Notes under the pieces: model-generated | Databases searched by the model: none | What the model was told of the DNA's origin: nothing | Seen by the model: the letters and a program-made list of their open reading frames with translations, nothing else | IMG/VR virus record: IMGVR_UViG_3300026097_000013 | Location: 32,001 to 96,000 of that record | Reading direction: 5' to 3' (one strand) | DNA length: 64,000 bases | Origin: a virus | Program-made: the position numbers and the translations under genes | Part shown: piece after piece, positions 9,221 through 19,743 of the stretch | Layout: each line of letters starts with the position of its first letter | How positions within the stretch are numbered: the first letter of the stretch is position 1

Positions 9221-9661
9221 ATGACTCAGATAATTTGCAGTGGTGCATTATTCTATACCCTTAATACAAATAGATTTTTATTCCTACATAGAGCTCAAGG
9301 AAAACGAGCAAATATGTGGGGATTAGTTGGCGGTACAAACGAAGGTGCTGAAACTCCATTTGAAGGACTTACTAGAGAAATTTCCGAAGAAATAGGATTT
9401 GTTCCTGAAATCAAAAAGACTCTTCCCTTAGAAAGTTTTATATCTCCAGATGATAGATTTCACTTTCATACATACCTGTGTATAGTTGAAGAAGAATTTA
9501 TTCCCACTTTAAATAACGAACACGACGGTTATGCATGGTGTAGTTTTACTAAATGGCCAAAGCCGTTGCATCACGGATTACGTAATACTCTTCAAAGTAA
9601 AATTAATATTAAAAAACTAGAAACCGTTTTTAAAACTATTAATTTACTTGACTCGAATTAA
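9221..9661 (+). CDS. Nudix hydrolase (start more likely ATG 9221 than 9149)
   Basis: Nudix box GGTNEGAETPFEGLTREISEEIG; LNNEHDGYAW near the C-terminus. Confidence 0.85.
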   Translation: MTQIICSGALFYTLNTNRFLFLHRAQGKRANMWGLVGGTNEGAETPFEGLTREISEEIGFVPEIKKTLPLESFISPDDRFHFHTYLCIVEEEFIPTLNNEHDGYAWCSFTKWPKPLHHGLRNTLQSKINIKKLETVFKTINLLDSN

Positions 9662-9676
9662 TAAAGGTATTATAAT
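9648..9676 (+). promoter_or_regulatory. Sigma70-type promoter for the heptose operon
   Basis: TTGACT (9648-9653), 17 nt, TATAAT (9671-9676); ATG at 9683 with no Shine-Dalgarno between. Confidence 0.8.
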
Positions 9677-9682
9677 AGTACT

Positions 9683-10945
9683 ATGATTAAAGTCTACGGA
9701 GACATAATGTTAGATCGTTGGATACAAGGATCTATTCAAAGGATTAGCCCCGAAGCACCAGTTCCTGTATTGCACGAAGAAGAAGTAGGGCATAACGCAG
9801 GCGGTGCAGCTAATCTTGCACTTAACATTAAAAATTTAGGCAGCAGTGTAGAATTATATGGTGCTTGTTCAGATGACCAAGAAGGTAAAACACTTGTAAG
9901 TTTGCTAGACGTTGATAAAGTACATCTAGACATGAGCCATTCTGTTACAACTACTAAGACTAGACTAGTAGATAATAGCGGACAACACGTATGTCGCTGG
10001 GATCGAGAAGCATATTACGACAAAACTGATTTGTTAGAGCAGTGTGCAGACGATTTACAAAAAGATGATATACTTTGCATAAGTGATTACGCAAAGGGCG
10101 TTGTGCGCAGTTCTACAGTTGCAAGATTAAGAAAATATTGCGATACTATTCTAGTTGATCCAAAACAGGAACCTAACTTTTACAAAGGGGCATTTGTATT
10201 CAAACCTAATATAAAATATTGGGCTGACTATTTTGGCAAATTAAACCTAGAAGATATTTCTAGAATAATGAAAGAATATAAATGGGAATGGGTTGTATTA
10301 ACATGTGGCGCTGCTGGCATGTATGTAGTTAACAAAGACGGTAAGTATCGTCATTATCAGGAACCAGTAAGAGAAGTTGCAGATGTAACTGGAGCAGGAG
10401 ATACCGTTCTAGCAGTTATTGCACATTGCTTGTTCCAAGGTATGGATGTATATCGAGCATCAGAGTTTGCATGTTATGCAGGTGCTAGAATGGTTGAACG
10501 CAGAGGCGTTGGTTTAGTAAGCGTAGACGATCTAGTTAAAGGTGTTGTATTTACAAACGGCGTGTTTGATATATTACATACAGGTCATTTTAAACTACTA
10601 CAAGCAGCACGAGCTAAGGGATCTAAATTAGTAGTAGGAATTAACACTGATGCTAGTGTTAAACGTCTAAAGGGCGATGAAAGACCTATTAACACTCTAA
10701 AAAAACGCATTAGTCAACTTGAAATATTACCTTGGGTAGATGAAGTTATTCCGTTCGAAGAAGATACTCCGTTAGAACTTATCAAAGGCATTAGTCCAGA
10801 CTTAATTGTCAAAGGCGGCGATTATAATGTCGAAGAAGTTGTAGGACACGATTATGCCCCAGTATATATCGTTCCCACTGAAGAAGGCTATTCAACGTCA
10901 GAAATTATAGAGAAAACAAATGAAAATACTAGTAACAGGACATAA
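9683..10945 (+). CDS. hldE: Bifunctional heptose-7-phosphate kinase / heptose-1-phosphate adenylyltransferase
   Basis: GDIMLD, RISPEAPVPV, GGAANLALN, SDYAKG, DVTGAGDT (PfkB kinase); C-terminal FTNGVFDILHTGH, LVVGINTDASVKRLKG..RP, KGGDY (nucleotidyltransferase). Confidence 0.95.
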   Translation: MIKVYGDIMLDRWIQGSIQRISPEAPVPVLHEEEVGHNAGGAANLALNIKNLGSSVELYGACSDDQEGKTLVSLLDVDKVHLDMSHSVTTTKTRLVDNSGQHVCRWDREAYYDKTDLLEQCADDLQKDDILCISDYAKGVVRSSTVARLRKYCDTILVDPKQEPNFYKGAFVFKPNIKYWADYFGKLNLEDISRIMKEYKWEWVVLTCGAAGMYVVNKDGKYRHYQEPVREVADVTGAGDTVLAVIAHCLFQGMDVYRASEFACYAGARMVERRGVGLVSVDDLVKGVVFTNGVFDILHTGHFKLLQAARAKGSKLVVGINTDASVKRLKGDERPINTLKKRISQLEILPWVDEVIPFEEDTPLELIKGISPDLIVKGGDYNVEEVVGHDYAPVYIVPTEEGYSTSEIIEKTNENTSNRT

Positions 10946-11744
10946 AGGATTTATAGGTTCAAATATTGCATTATATTTGCAATCACAAGGACATGAAGTA
11001 GAAGGTTGGGAATGGGCACCAGGCATTATTCCTAGTACAGAAGACTACGACTGGTGCATACACACTGGTGCAATTAGCTCAACTACATATACAGATGTAA
11101 ATCAAATACTAGAACAAAACTTTGAGTTTACCGTGAGGTTAGCACAAGTTTGCGAAAACTTTGGCACTAATCTGCAATATGCATCTAGTGCAAGTGTATA
11201 CGGTCCTACTGAACATTTTACAGAAGATAAAGATTTATTACCGCAATCACCTTATGCATGGTCAAAGTATCTGTTTGATAGGTTTATAAATCAGTTTCAA
11301 GACGAATTTGAAATTATTATTCAAGGATTTAGATATTTTAATGTATACGGTCCGGGCGAAGAACACAAAGGCGATCAAGCATCACCGTATACTAAGTTTA
11401 CACGCCAAGCACTAGATAATGGCGTTGTAAAACTATTCGAAAATTCAGACCAATACAAGCGAGACTTTGTCTGTGTAGAAGATTTGTGTCGTCTTCACGA
11501 AAAAATGTTTGATGTTAACACTAGTGGTATTTTTAATGCTGGCACAGGCACTGCTACTAGTTTTGATACCGTAGGGCGTGCAATTGCTAAGAAATACAAT
11601 GCAGACATAGAATACATTCCTATGCCAGATACACTAAAAGGTCAGTATCAAGAATACACTTGTGCTAATTTAGACAAACTAAATTCAGTAGTAGATATGT
11701 CGTGGACATCAATAGAGGATTATATAAATGCAAGAACTAACTAG
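10920..11744 (+). CDS. hldD: ADP-L-glycero-D-manno-heptose 6-epimerase-like SDR
   Basis: TGHKGFIGSN, YASSASVYG, YAWSK (YxxxK), FRYFNVYGPGEEHKG, RDFV, YQEYTCA. Confidence 0.88.
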   Translation: MKILVTGHKGFIGSNIALYLQSQGHEVEGWEWAPGIIPSTEDYDWCIHTGAISSTTYTDVNQILEQNFEFTVRLAQVCENFGTNLQYASSASVYGPTEHFTEDKDLLPQSPYAWSKYLFDRFINQFQDEFEIIIQGFRYFNVYGPGEEHKGDQASPYTKFTRQALDNGVVKLFENSDQYKRDFVCVEDLCRLHEKMFDVNTSGIFNAGTGTATSFDTVGRAIAKKYNADIEYIPMPDTLKGQYQEYTCANLDKLNSVVDMSWTSIEDYINARTN

Positions 11745-12123
11745 GCTAGAAGGTGTTGTTCCAAAAGGATGGGGATACGAATTAATTTGGGCAACTAATG
11801 ACAAATACTGCGGTAAAATTATGTTTTTCGAAAAGGAAGGTGCAATGTTTTCAATGCATTTCCACAAAGAAAAGGACGAAACTTGGTTTGTAAATACCGG
11901 TAAATTTAAAGTTCAGTGGATTGATACAAGTACTGCTGCACTTTATGAAAAAGAACTTAAAGAAGGCGATGTTTGGCACAATCCGCCATTGCAGCCGCAT
12001 CGATTAATTTGTTTACAAGCTGAATCAAGTATTACTGAAGTAAGTACTGCTGATAGTGTCGAAGACAATTACAGAGTTGCTCCAGGAGATAGTCAAAGAC
12101 AAGATGTAAACAAAAATGTCTAG
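11728..12123 (+). CDS. Cupin-fold protein (sugar isomerase-like)
   Basis: PKGWGYELIW, SMHFHKEKDETW and PLQPHRL cupin metal-binding motifs; sits inside the heptose operon. Confidence 0.75.
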   Translation: MQELTRLEGVVPKGWGYELIWATNDKYCGKIMFFEKEGAMFSMHFHKEKDETWFVNTGKFKVQWIDTSTAALYEKELKEGDVWHNPPLQPHRLICLQAESSITEVSTADSVEDNYRVAPGDSQRQDVNKNV

Positions 12124-12775
12124 TGTTTATCAATGGGGAGATCCTGTAAATATTCAAAGTACCCATTATGAGCCTCAACAAGATCATATGCAAGATCCAG
12201 AGTATATTGCTCCTAAATGTGTAATTGGCCTAGATAGAGACGGAGTTATAAATGTTGATCGCGGACAATATACTTACTCTATAAATGATTTTATTCCTAT
12301 TGTAAATAGCTTAGAAGCTATTGCTAAATTGCGCAGGCTTGGACATAAAATAGCCATTATAACTAATCAAGGCGGTATTGAAAAAGGATTATTCACAGAA
12401 CAAGATGTTGAAATTTTACATCAGCATATGCTCGATCTTCTAGGCAATGCAGGTTGTCCTAGTATTGATGCAATCTATTACAGCGCCAGTAGCAGAAAAA
12501 ATGACGAATGGGCAAAGCCAAATGTCGGAATGTTTAAACGCTGTGAAAAAGAATTTCCTCATATAAAATTTTCAAAAGGATTTTATGTAGGTGATAAAAT
12601 AACCGATCTTAAAGCAGCACACAAGATAGGTGCAAAGCCTGTTCTTGTACGTACGGGTTACGGTGTCGAAACTGAAAAAGAATTAAAAAAGTTTACCTAC
12701 CGTGACATAAGAAAAAAGACCATTATATTCAATGATCTTAATTCTTTTGCAGAGTATATCGAAGCGCAAAGTTAA
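12116..12775 (+). CDS. gmhB: D,D-heptose 1,7-bisphosphate phosphatase (HAD family)
   Basis: LDRDGVIN, IITNQGGI, KPNVGM, VGDKITDLKAA, VRTGYG. Confidence 0.9.
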   Translation: MSSVYQWGDPVNIQSTHYEPQQDHMQDPEYIAPKCVIGLDRDGVINVDRGQYTYSINDFIPIVNSLEAIAKLRRLGHKIAIITNQGGIEKGLFTEQDVEILHQHMLDLLGNAGCPSIDAIYYSASSRKNDEWAKPNVGMFKRCEKEFPHIKFSKGFYVGDKITDLKAAHKIGAKPVLVRTGYGVETEKELKKFTYRDIRKKTIIFNDLNSFAEYIEAQS

Positions 12776-15700
12776 GCCTGCGCTTCGCCCCAATTTAGAA
12801 TAATATTTGAAGTTGCTGTTGCACCACTAACCTTATACACGTTAATTGCTAGTACGTCAGGGCCATTTGGATATGTCCCTCGGCCACCTAGTGGCGTATT
12901 TGTAAGTTCTTTAAGTTCACTAAAGTCAACTGTTGCACGTTCACCTGGAACAGCAATAAACGAGAAAATAGTTTCACCTGGTTGAGCAAAAGGTGGTTGA
13001 CTAAATGTTACTTCGACTGTACCCGAACTAGCTACTAGTGTTCCGCTATAAGAGTTATTAAACTGTATCTCGTAATATTCTGTTGTTCCAAGACTATCTA
13101 ATGTAATGTTGTTAACTTGTGTGTTAGCTGGAAATGTAACTGCTGATCCGCCAGTTACGCTTGTTCCCACAGTAACTCCTGCAGAGTCTACACTAGTTTT
13201 AGTAAAGAAACCATAGTTTCTGTTTGTTAAGTTTCCATGTCTACTAAAAGTTAACGTGTCGTTGTCGTTGACTCTATTTCCTAGACTACCGTCTAATCTT
13301 ACGAAAACTTCTTGGAATCCGCCGAAAAAGGACGGCGAGCTTATAAATGTAATTCTTCTTGTATTGCCACCCGGAATAGTTACACTGTCCCCTACTTTAA
13401 TATTTTTGCCATCGAAACCTGCGGCTGTATTCCATCTCATATACAAATAATTGTTGTTAGAGTTTGTGCCATCGTTGACCACCGCAGTTGTAGTCAACAC
13501 AGCTTGAGATGTGATGTTAGCTGTAGTTGCAGCTTCGCCTGTACTCCATACAACCGAGCCGCCGGAAGCAATCTGTGCAAAACTAGGCTGTCCACCTTGT
13601 GCAACACCTGCTAGACCTGACCAGCCAACATCTGCCGGATTAAGTGGATAATTTTGAGGATTAAGAACACCTTCAACAACAATGCCGCCTATAATATCGT
13701 TAGTTCCGTCAGTTCCGTCTGATGTAATTTCTAGACTTTGTAGTAACAATTGAGCTCGGTTTAGCAGTTCTCTTTCTCCTAAATCGCCAATAATAGCATT
13801 TGATACACTTGGTGCTAATCGAATTAAGAAAGCTGTTTGTTTTGTAGTACTAACCTCAATACCAGTTTCAGCATATGAGAAAATATAACCACGATCTTCA
13901 TCAAAGCCACCGTCTGTGATAAACGCCGAACCCCAGTGGCTAATAAGTGGTGTAATGGATTGTGATATTAATACTACACCAGTTCTAGCCGAATGTGCTG
14001 CTGCTGCTCCAGCTGTATAACTACGAGTTGCTCCTGCTTGAAAATTATTAAAAGTTGCACTTCTTGTTAATCCAGTTAAGTGATTTGAAGAACGCCCTGT
14101 GAATGTTATAATTTCATTGTCAATGTATATTGTTCCAGATTGTGGGAAAAAGCTACCATCTTCTAATTCTAATGTAGTCTGAGAGTCATCCATTGCAGCA
14201 GCAAGTTTACCTGACGGGCCTTCGTTTGAAACTTCGTAACGTACAGGCAAGTTACCCGAACGCATAAATGCTTCTGTGTTTACATTTGAGTTACGCATTC
14301 TGTGTGCAAATATAAAGTTACCGTCTGCACCACGTAGCATAAAGTCAATAAAGCCAGCACCATACCAGCTGTACTGAATACCGATCATTTGCATTTTAGC
14401 AATATCAATATCATAGCCACTGGGTCCTGTGCCGTCTAATTTGTCTAAGTTAAAGTCTTGTTGTTTAGTTTTCTTATCTACAATTAAATTAGCCTTGGCG
14501 CCATTAATGCTAACAACGCCTCGCCAATCTGGTGTTACAGTTATCTCTGTTTGACTGTTAACATGACTTACAACATGTGTCATTCCTTTGATAACAATTC
14601 TATCTCCAGCTTTTAACTGATCTTCAAATCTAGTGTTTATTCCTGTTACTAGGTTATCATCTACTTCTAGCGAAATAGTTCCTGCAAGTTGTCTAGTACC
14701 AGTACGTTGTACTGCACTTATTTGTGTGCCGTCAAATTCCCAAAAAATACCATTTTGATCATCAAAGATACCCGAACGCACTGTTGCTCCGTGCCAGCTA
14801 ACAACACTCATTTGCGAGCCGAAACCTAATACAGCATCAGTTGCTCCTAATCTGCGCTGTGCTCGAACCGTAAATCTACGTTCGTCTAGTACACTTTCTA
14901 CAGTATAATCAAATGCCGGAGGTACTGCCGTTGCAGGTCCACTATTATATCCAGGTGTCTCAACTCCTAATATTCTAATAGTTCCACCAACTTGTACACC
15001 GTGATCGTTGTCATCTGTTTCTATAGTAATTAAATCGCCAACTTCTGTTCCAGATGCTGTTAAACTACGTAAGTCGTAACTCGGTGCAAACAGCGCACCG
15101 GTTGTATACATAATGCCTTTACCTGACTGATAACGAATGTATTTCTTACTTTGACGTATTGCTTGAGCACCGTGCTGCGGACCACCTGTGCCTAATTGTA
15201 CGCCGCCATCAAATGGTCTGTGAATAAAGAAGCTATCTGGTCTTGGATAAACCGTTGCTTGTATAGATTGTGTTGATGTATCAATATTTCCAGGAGATCT
15301 TGCTAGATATCTAAGTTTGTTTACGGCTGTAATTTCAGTAGCAAGAAACGAGCCTGCTGCTAGTTTATGATTATTAGTTCCATCATCAGAATTTATTGTT
15401 GTAATAAAGGTGCTGCCAGGAACTAGTCCGTGAGCATTCGGAAATGTAACTTCTAGCGTAGGCAATGCTTCATAAGTAATCTGTTCATCTTTAGCAATTG
15501 TTGCTGTAGTAGCCTCTGTCATTAATATAGTTGATATTAAATCAAAATTACTTCCATATTCTGCTTCTGTATAATCATAAGTTAATCCAGTTATATCTCC
15601 ACTAGCTCCTGCTGTACTAACAGTTAACACAATATCGTTAGTTGGTGATACACCATCAAATAGCGTTCCAGGTAAAATAACACGATCACCAGTTTTATAT

Positions 15701-18700
15701 CCGGTTCCTCCTGTTGATACACTAACGGAGTCATATGCTGCAAAGTTTTTAGCAACATCAAATGTTGCCGATGTTCCTAAAGGTTGTTCACTAGTGCCCT
15801 CTACACTTGTATATGTTCCGCCAGGAGTAGCAACGGTACCTGCACTACTAATTGTAGATATTACACCAGATTCAAGGGCATCAACAGTGTCGATTGTAAT
15901 AGTTAAATCATTTGTAGGAGATTCACCTGAAAGTAATAATCCCGACACGTTAAGTTCTTGTCCGGCTCCGTACTCGGTGCCAGGTGTATTAATAACTACA
16001 CTATAGAGGCCGCCACTAATAGATACATCAAACGTTGCACCTGATCCAATAACATTCGAACCGGACGATATTGCATTTTGCGAACTAGAAGTAGATGCTG
16101 TACCTGAGATAGTAAAATCTGTAATCTCACCGCTTCCTCCAACATTATCAATAGTAATAGTTAAATCATTAGCAGGTGATGTGCCGCCTAATTGCGTTCC
16201 TATTACAGTAATTGTTTCTGTTGGTAGATAATTAGTACCTGCTACATCAATAGTTACACCATATATTCCAGCAGCTTGATCTATTGTAAATACTACTCCT
16301 GTTCCAGAAGTACTAGTAGTAGTAAATCCTGTTTGGCTACTTAAATACGTATTAATAACTGGCGGCGGCGTTCCTGAATAACTTAAACTAGTTATTGCTC
16401 CGGCGCCATCTATACCGTCAACTGTTATATATAAATCGTGAACACCGTCGGCGCCGCCGATGTCGCTACCTAATATTAAGATTATGTCATTTACTATATA
16501 GCCTGATGAATTATCAGAGGTATCATTAGCAGTTCCTGTTATACTTGCTGTTAACACCTCGCCGCTTGCACCAATTGTATCAATAGTTATAGTAGCATCA
16601 TTAGCAGGTGATTCGCCGCCTAACTCTGTTCCGAGAATTGTAAAAGTTTCTGTTGCGAGATAATCTTGTCCAGCTGTATCTATAGCAATGCTATATACAT
16701 CTAAAGTTTTAGTTATTTCAAATGTTGCGCCGAAACCTGATGCACCGTTATATGACAAAGTTGGATTATTATATACTACAGTTCCAGTTGACATAATAAC
16801 ACTAGTATATGCTCCTTGATCATACTCTAAGTCAAATGCCGCGCCTGTTCCAACTCCTCCACTATATGTTGCACTAACAGTAGTTGAAAGTGTTCCGTCC
16901 CAGTGTGCTCCGCTAAATGTTATAGTAGTAATAGCACCTAAACCGTCAACACCTGTAACACTTATAGTAAGATCGTTAATTGAAGTTTGTCCACCTAAGT
17001 CCAAACCATCTATAATAATTCTGTCGCCTACTTTATAATCACTACCAGCAGAATTAATGACAACTGCATAATCTCTCGATACGTTTTGAGTTTGTGTAAC
17101 ATCAAATGTTGCGCCAGTTCCTATTACACTATCATTTTGGCCAGAAACTGATGTATATGTTTTTACGTTAGGTATTAATTCAGAAGTAAAACTATCATTA
17201 AAATCAATAAACGAAGTATCTACATTATTAACATAAATTGCTGTGCCGTCGCCGCGATCTACTGCTAGGTTGTTAACAATTCCGGCAGTCGAGTCGAGAA
17301 ATACTCTGTTTTCACCAATTGTAACATTATCAGATATAGCTGGCGAAATATATGTACCGCCGCCTGCACTTGTATCATTAATGCCTGTTACTTGAGAGCC
17401 TGTTGGTATATTAGCATTAACTAAAGGAGCACCAACACCCGGAGATGGACCATCAAACGGAATAATAGTACTACCAGTTAAAACATCTAATTCTGAAGTT
17501 ATTGTACCGTTAAATCCATTAGAAATTACATCTACTTGTGGACTTGTACTTATAGATGCTCCTGTATAAAATGCTGCTTCTCTTAATTGTGTATAAGTTG
17601 TAGAAAGTGTAGTTGGGTTAACTGTACCAACTTTAGATTTTGCATAATAATTAAACGTATTATTAGTAGGAACATCATTAATAACAAATGATCCTTCAGC
17701 TCTTGCTGCTCCAGGTACTCCGTCTTCAAGTGCTTTAAGAGTTATAGGAGTTCCGGCTTCAAATCCATGTGCAGCTACAGTAGTAACCGTAATTAAAGAC
17801 TGACCTATACCTTCTGTACCTGCTGATGCATCTGTTTCAACTCTAAGTACTGGAGTATCTGTTCCTGGAACTTCGTAAATTGAAGGGTAGCCTCTCATAG
17901 TCGAAATAGCAGCCCATTTAGTAGGCTGTAGACCATATTCAAAGTCAGCATCAAGCATTGATACTGGCATAGCAGCTCTCGGGCGTTCAATAGCATCTGT
18001 ACCAAAGTCATAAGGTCTAGTAGTTACTATACTTTTTCCGTTTTCAATTTTTTCTATAAAAATTTGTAATTCGTCTGTTGGATTATGTCCGCTTGTGTTA
18101 TAATTGAGTGTGATTGTAGTAATAGCATCAGTTGTTTCTAGATATTTAACAAAGTCTGTGTCTGTTGCTATACTATCAACTTTAAGACTAATTAGTCCAC
18201 CTGTAGCAGGAGCACTAAAATTGTATATAATATCATTAGATGTTACATTGGTGATAAGTATTATTTGATCTAAATCGTATCTACCTTGAATTTTAATTGT
18301 TCCTACACCTGTTGGTACAACTGTAGGAAACGCAGATATTCCAGTTGTAATAACATCAATAGTAGTTTGAACAAGGTCGCCGACAATTGTTGATGTTCCT
18401 GATTCAGAAGTTTTAGTAACGTCAATAGTTTGAGATACTTCGTTATTGCTAGCAGAGTATGCAACATTTGCTAAAATATTTGTTTGTATAAGTGTTTTAA
18501 TAAATTCGTATGTTTGTATTTCAGGCTGACGGTCGCCGTCAATTTGTGCTACATCTTGATCCCAATAATATTTTACAACATTATATGTATTTTCGTTGCC
18601 GCCGTATCTTAAATCTTTTAAGTACGCATCAATATTGTATCCAATGTCTCTTTCGCATTTTTCTGCATTATACGTATAGCCTATAAACCCTGCTGCATCT

Positions 18701-18849
18701 GCTGCTACTTGATCTGCAATCCAAGCAGTTGCTTCTTTTTGTATGAAAGTTTTGTTTGCATTTAATAAGCTATAAGCATCAGGGTACAGATTATCAGCTG
18801 CGCCTAATCCTGGTTTAAATACGTAATTTTTTATTTGTGTCTTTGCCAT
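12772..18849 (-). CDS. Very large virion structural / appendage protein with internal beta-rich repeats
   Basis: 2025 aa, Gly/Thr/Ser-rich; six repeats of about 60-90 aa (ATFDV...Y.V.I...G..Y...LGG.SP.NDLTITID) at about 15580-17120; an N-terminal CERDIGYNIDA motif similar to one in the 1582-aa protein. Confidence 0.6.
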   Translation of the reverse strand: MAKTQIKNYVFKPGLGAADNLYPDAYSLLNANKTFIQKEATAWIADQVAADAAGFIGYTYNAEKCERDIGYNIDAYLKDLRYGGNENTYNVVKYYWDQDVAQIDGDRQPEIQTYEFIKTLIQTNILANVAYSASNNEVSQTIDVTKTSESGTSTIVGDLVQTTIDVITTGISAFPTVVPTGVGTIKIQGRYDLDQIILITNVTSNDIIYNFSAPATGGLISLKVDSIATDTDFVKYLETTDAITTITLNYNTSGHNPTDELQIFIEKIENGKSIVTTRPYDFGTDAIERPRAAMPVSMLDADFEYGLQPTKWAAISTMRGYPSIYEVPGTDTPVLRVETDASAGTEGIGQSLITVTTVAAHGFEAGTPITLKALEDGVPGAARAEGSFVINDVPTNNTFNYYAKSKVGTVNPTTLSTTYTQLREAAFYTGASISTSPQVDVISNGFNGTITSELDVLTGSTIIPFDGPSPGVGAPLVNANIPTGSQVTGINDTSAGGGTYISPAISDNVTIGENRVFLDSTAGIVNNLAVDRGDGTAIYVNNVDTSFIDFNDSFTSELIPNVKTYTSVSGQNDSVIGTGATFDVTQTQNVSRDYAVVINSAGSDYKVGDRIIIDGLDLGGQTSINDLTISVTGVDGLGAITTITFSGAHWDGTLSTTVSATYSGGVGTGAAFDLEYDQGAYTSVIMSTGTVVYNNPTLSYNGASGFGATFEITKTLDVYSIAIDTAGQDYLATETFTILGTELGGESPANDATITIDTIGASGEVLTASITGTANDTSDNSSGYIVNDIILILGSDIGGADGVHDLYITVDGIDGAGAITSLSYSGTPPPVINTYLSSQTGFTTTSTSGTGVVFTIDQAAGIYGVTIDVAGTNYLPTETITVIGTQLGGTSPANDLTITIDNVGGSGEITDFTISGTASTSSSQNAISSGSNVIGSGATFDVSISGGLYSVVINTPGTEYGAGQELNVSGLLLSGESPTNDLTITIDTVDALESGVISTISSAGTVATPGGTYTSVEGTSEQPLGTSATFDVAKNFAAYDSVSVSTGGTGYKTGDRVILPGTLFDGVSPTNDIVLTVSTAGASGDITGLTYDYTEAEYGSNFDLISTILMTEATTATIAKDEQITYEALPTLEVTFPNAHGLVPGSTFITTINSDDGTNNHKLAAGSFLATEITAVNKLRYLARSPGNIDTSTQSIQATVYPRPDSFFIHRPFDGGVQLGTGGPQHGAQAIRQSKKYIRYQSGKGIMYTTGALFAPSYDLRSLTASGTEVGDLITIETDDNDHGVQVGGTIRILGVETPGYNSGPATAVPPAFDYTVESVLDERRFTVRAQRRLGATDAVLGFGSQMSVVSWHGATVRSGIFDDQNGIFWEFDGTQISAVQRTGTRQLAGTISLEVDDNLVTGINTRFEDQLKAGDRIVIKGMTHVVSHVNSQTEITVTPDWRGVVSINGAKANLIVDKKTKQQDFNLDKLDGTGPSGYDIDIAKMQMIGIQYSWYGAGFIDFMLRGADGNFIFAHRMRNSNVNTEAFMRSGNLPVRYEVSNEGPSGKLAAAMDDSQTTLELEDGSFFPQSGTIYIDNEIITFTGRSSNHLTGLTRSATFNNFQAGATRSYTAGAAAAHSARTGVVLISQSITPLISHWGSAFITDGGFDEDRGYIFSYAETGIEVSTTKQTAFLIRLAPSVSNAIIGDLGERELLNRAQLLLQSLEITSDGTDGTNDIIGGIVVEGVLNPQNYPLNPADVGWSGLAGVAQGGQPSFAQIASGGSVVWSTGEAATTANITSQAVLTTTAVVNDGTNSNNNYLYMRWNTAAGFDGKNIKVGDSVTIPGGNTRRITFISSPSFFGGFQEVFVRLDGSLGNRVNDNDTLTFSRHGNLTNRNYGFFTKTSVDSAGVTVGTSVTGGSAVTFPANTQVNNITLDSLGTTEYYEIQFNNSYSGTLVASSGTVEVTFSQPPFAQPGETIFSFIAVPGERATVDFSELKELTNTPLGGRGTYPNGPDVLAINVYKVSGATATSNIILNWGEAQA

Positions 18850-18852
18850 GTT

Positions 18853-19743
18853 TTATAATCCAAATGCTACTGCTAATGCAACCGCGGTACGATCTACATA
18901 TTGTTTATTTGCTACACTACTATTTATAGTAGGGTCATTACTAACTGTTGCAGAAGTAAATGCTGCTGTTGTAGGTGTAACGGCGCCTATCGTAGTGTTA
19001 TTTATAGTTGTATTTTCTATTGGAAGATCAGATCCTGTAGAACTTATAGTACCTAATTTATTTCCATCTATTTTTAGTACAATTTGATTAGTAGCTTCTA
19101 ATTCTAAATTTGTAGGTGAACTAATATTAGTTATGCCAATACCGTCGATATTAAGAGATCCTGCAACATATAAATCACCTTCAATTCCTACACCGCCTGC
19201 TACTGTAAGAGCACCGGAAGTAGAGCTTGTTGATGCAGTTGTTGAGTTGATATCAAGAGTACTAAACACTCCTACAGGATCAACTACATTTATAATGCCA
19301 TATATCGTTCCAGTATCATTACCATAATATAAAATATCAGGAGCAGATATTGGAGTTGAAAAATATAATCTTCCGCTATTTTTTCCTTGGGCATCTACTC
19401 CTGTTGTTGCGTCAGAATGTCTTAGCCCAACATTGTATAAGGTTAACGTATCGCCGACACTACTAAAAATACTAAATGTAAAATTAGTAAGATCTAAGTC
19501 AATTGTAGTTGAAGAATTTCTAGTAAATGTAATACTAGGATTGTTAGTTGCATTATTAATTAATCTAAAATTATTATCAACTTCTTCAAAGCTAAAATCA
19601 GCAGCAACGTCAACGTCTTCAACAACGTCTTGTACTTCAAGTGTAATCGATCTAGCTGTAATATTTCCTACAGAATCTACAGTAAAACTAGGACTTTCAA
19701 ATCCATATTTTGATCTTAAAGGTGCGTTTACAATCGTTGACAT
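18853..19743 (-). CDS. Putative fibre/structural protein
   Basis: 296 aa, Thr/Ser-rich; SSTSGALTVAGGVGIEGDLYV fibre-shaft motif; hydrophobic C-terminal helix. Confidence 0.5.
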   Translation of the reverse strand: MSTIVNAPLRSKYGFESPSFTVDSVGNITARSITLEVQDVVEDVDVAADFSFEEVDNNFRLINNATNNPSITFTRNSSTTIDLDLTNFTFSIFSSVGDTLTLYNVGLRHSDATTGVDAQGKNSGRLYFSTPISAPDILYYGNDTGTIYGIINVVDPVGVFSTLDINSTTASTSSTSGALTVAGGVGIEGDLYVAGSLNIDGIGITNISSPTNLELEATNQIVLKIDGNKLGTISSTGSDLPIENTTINNTTIGAVTPTTAAFTSATVSNDPTINSSVANKQYVDRTAVALAVAFGL

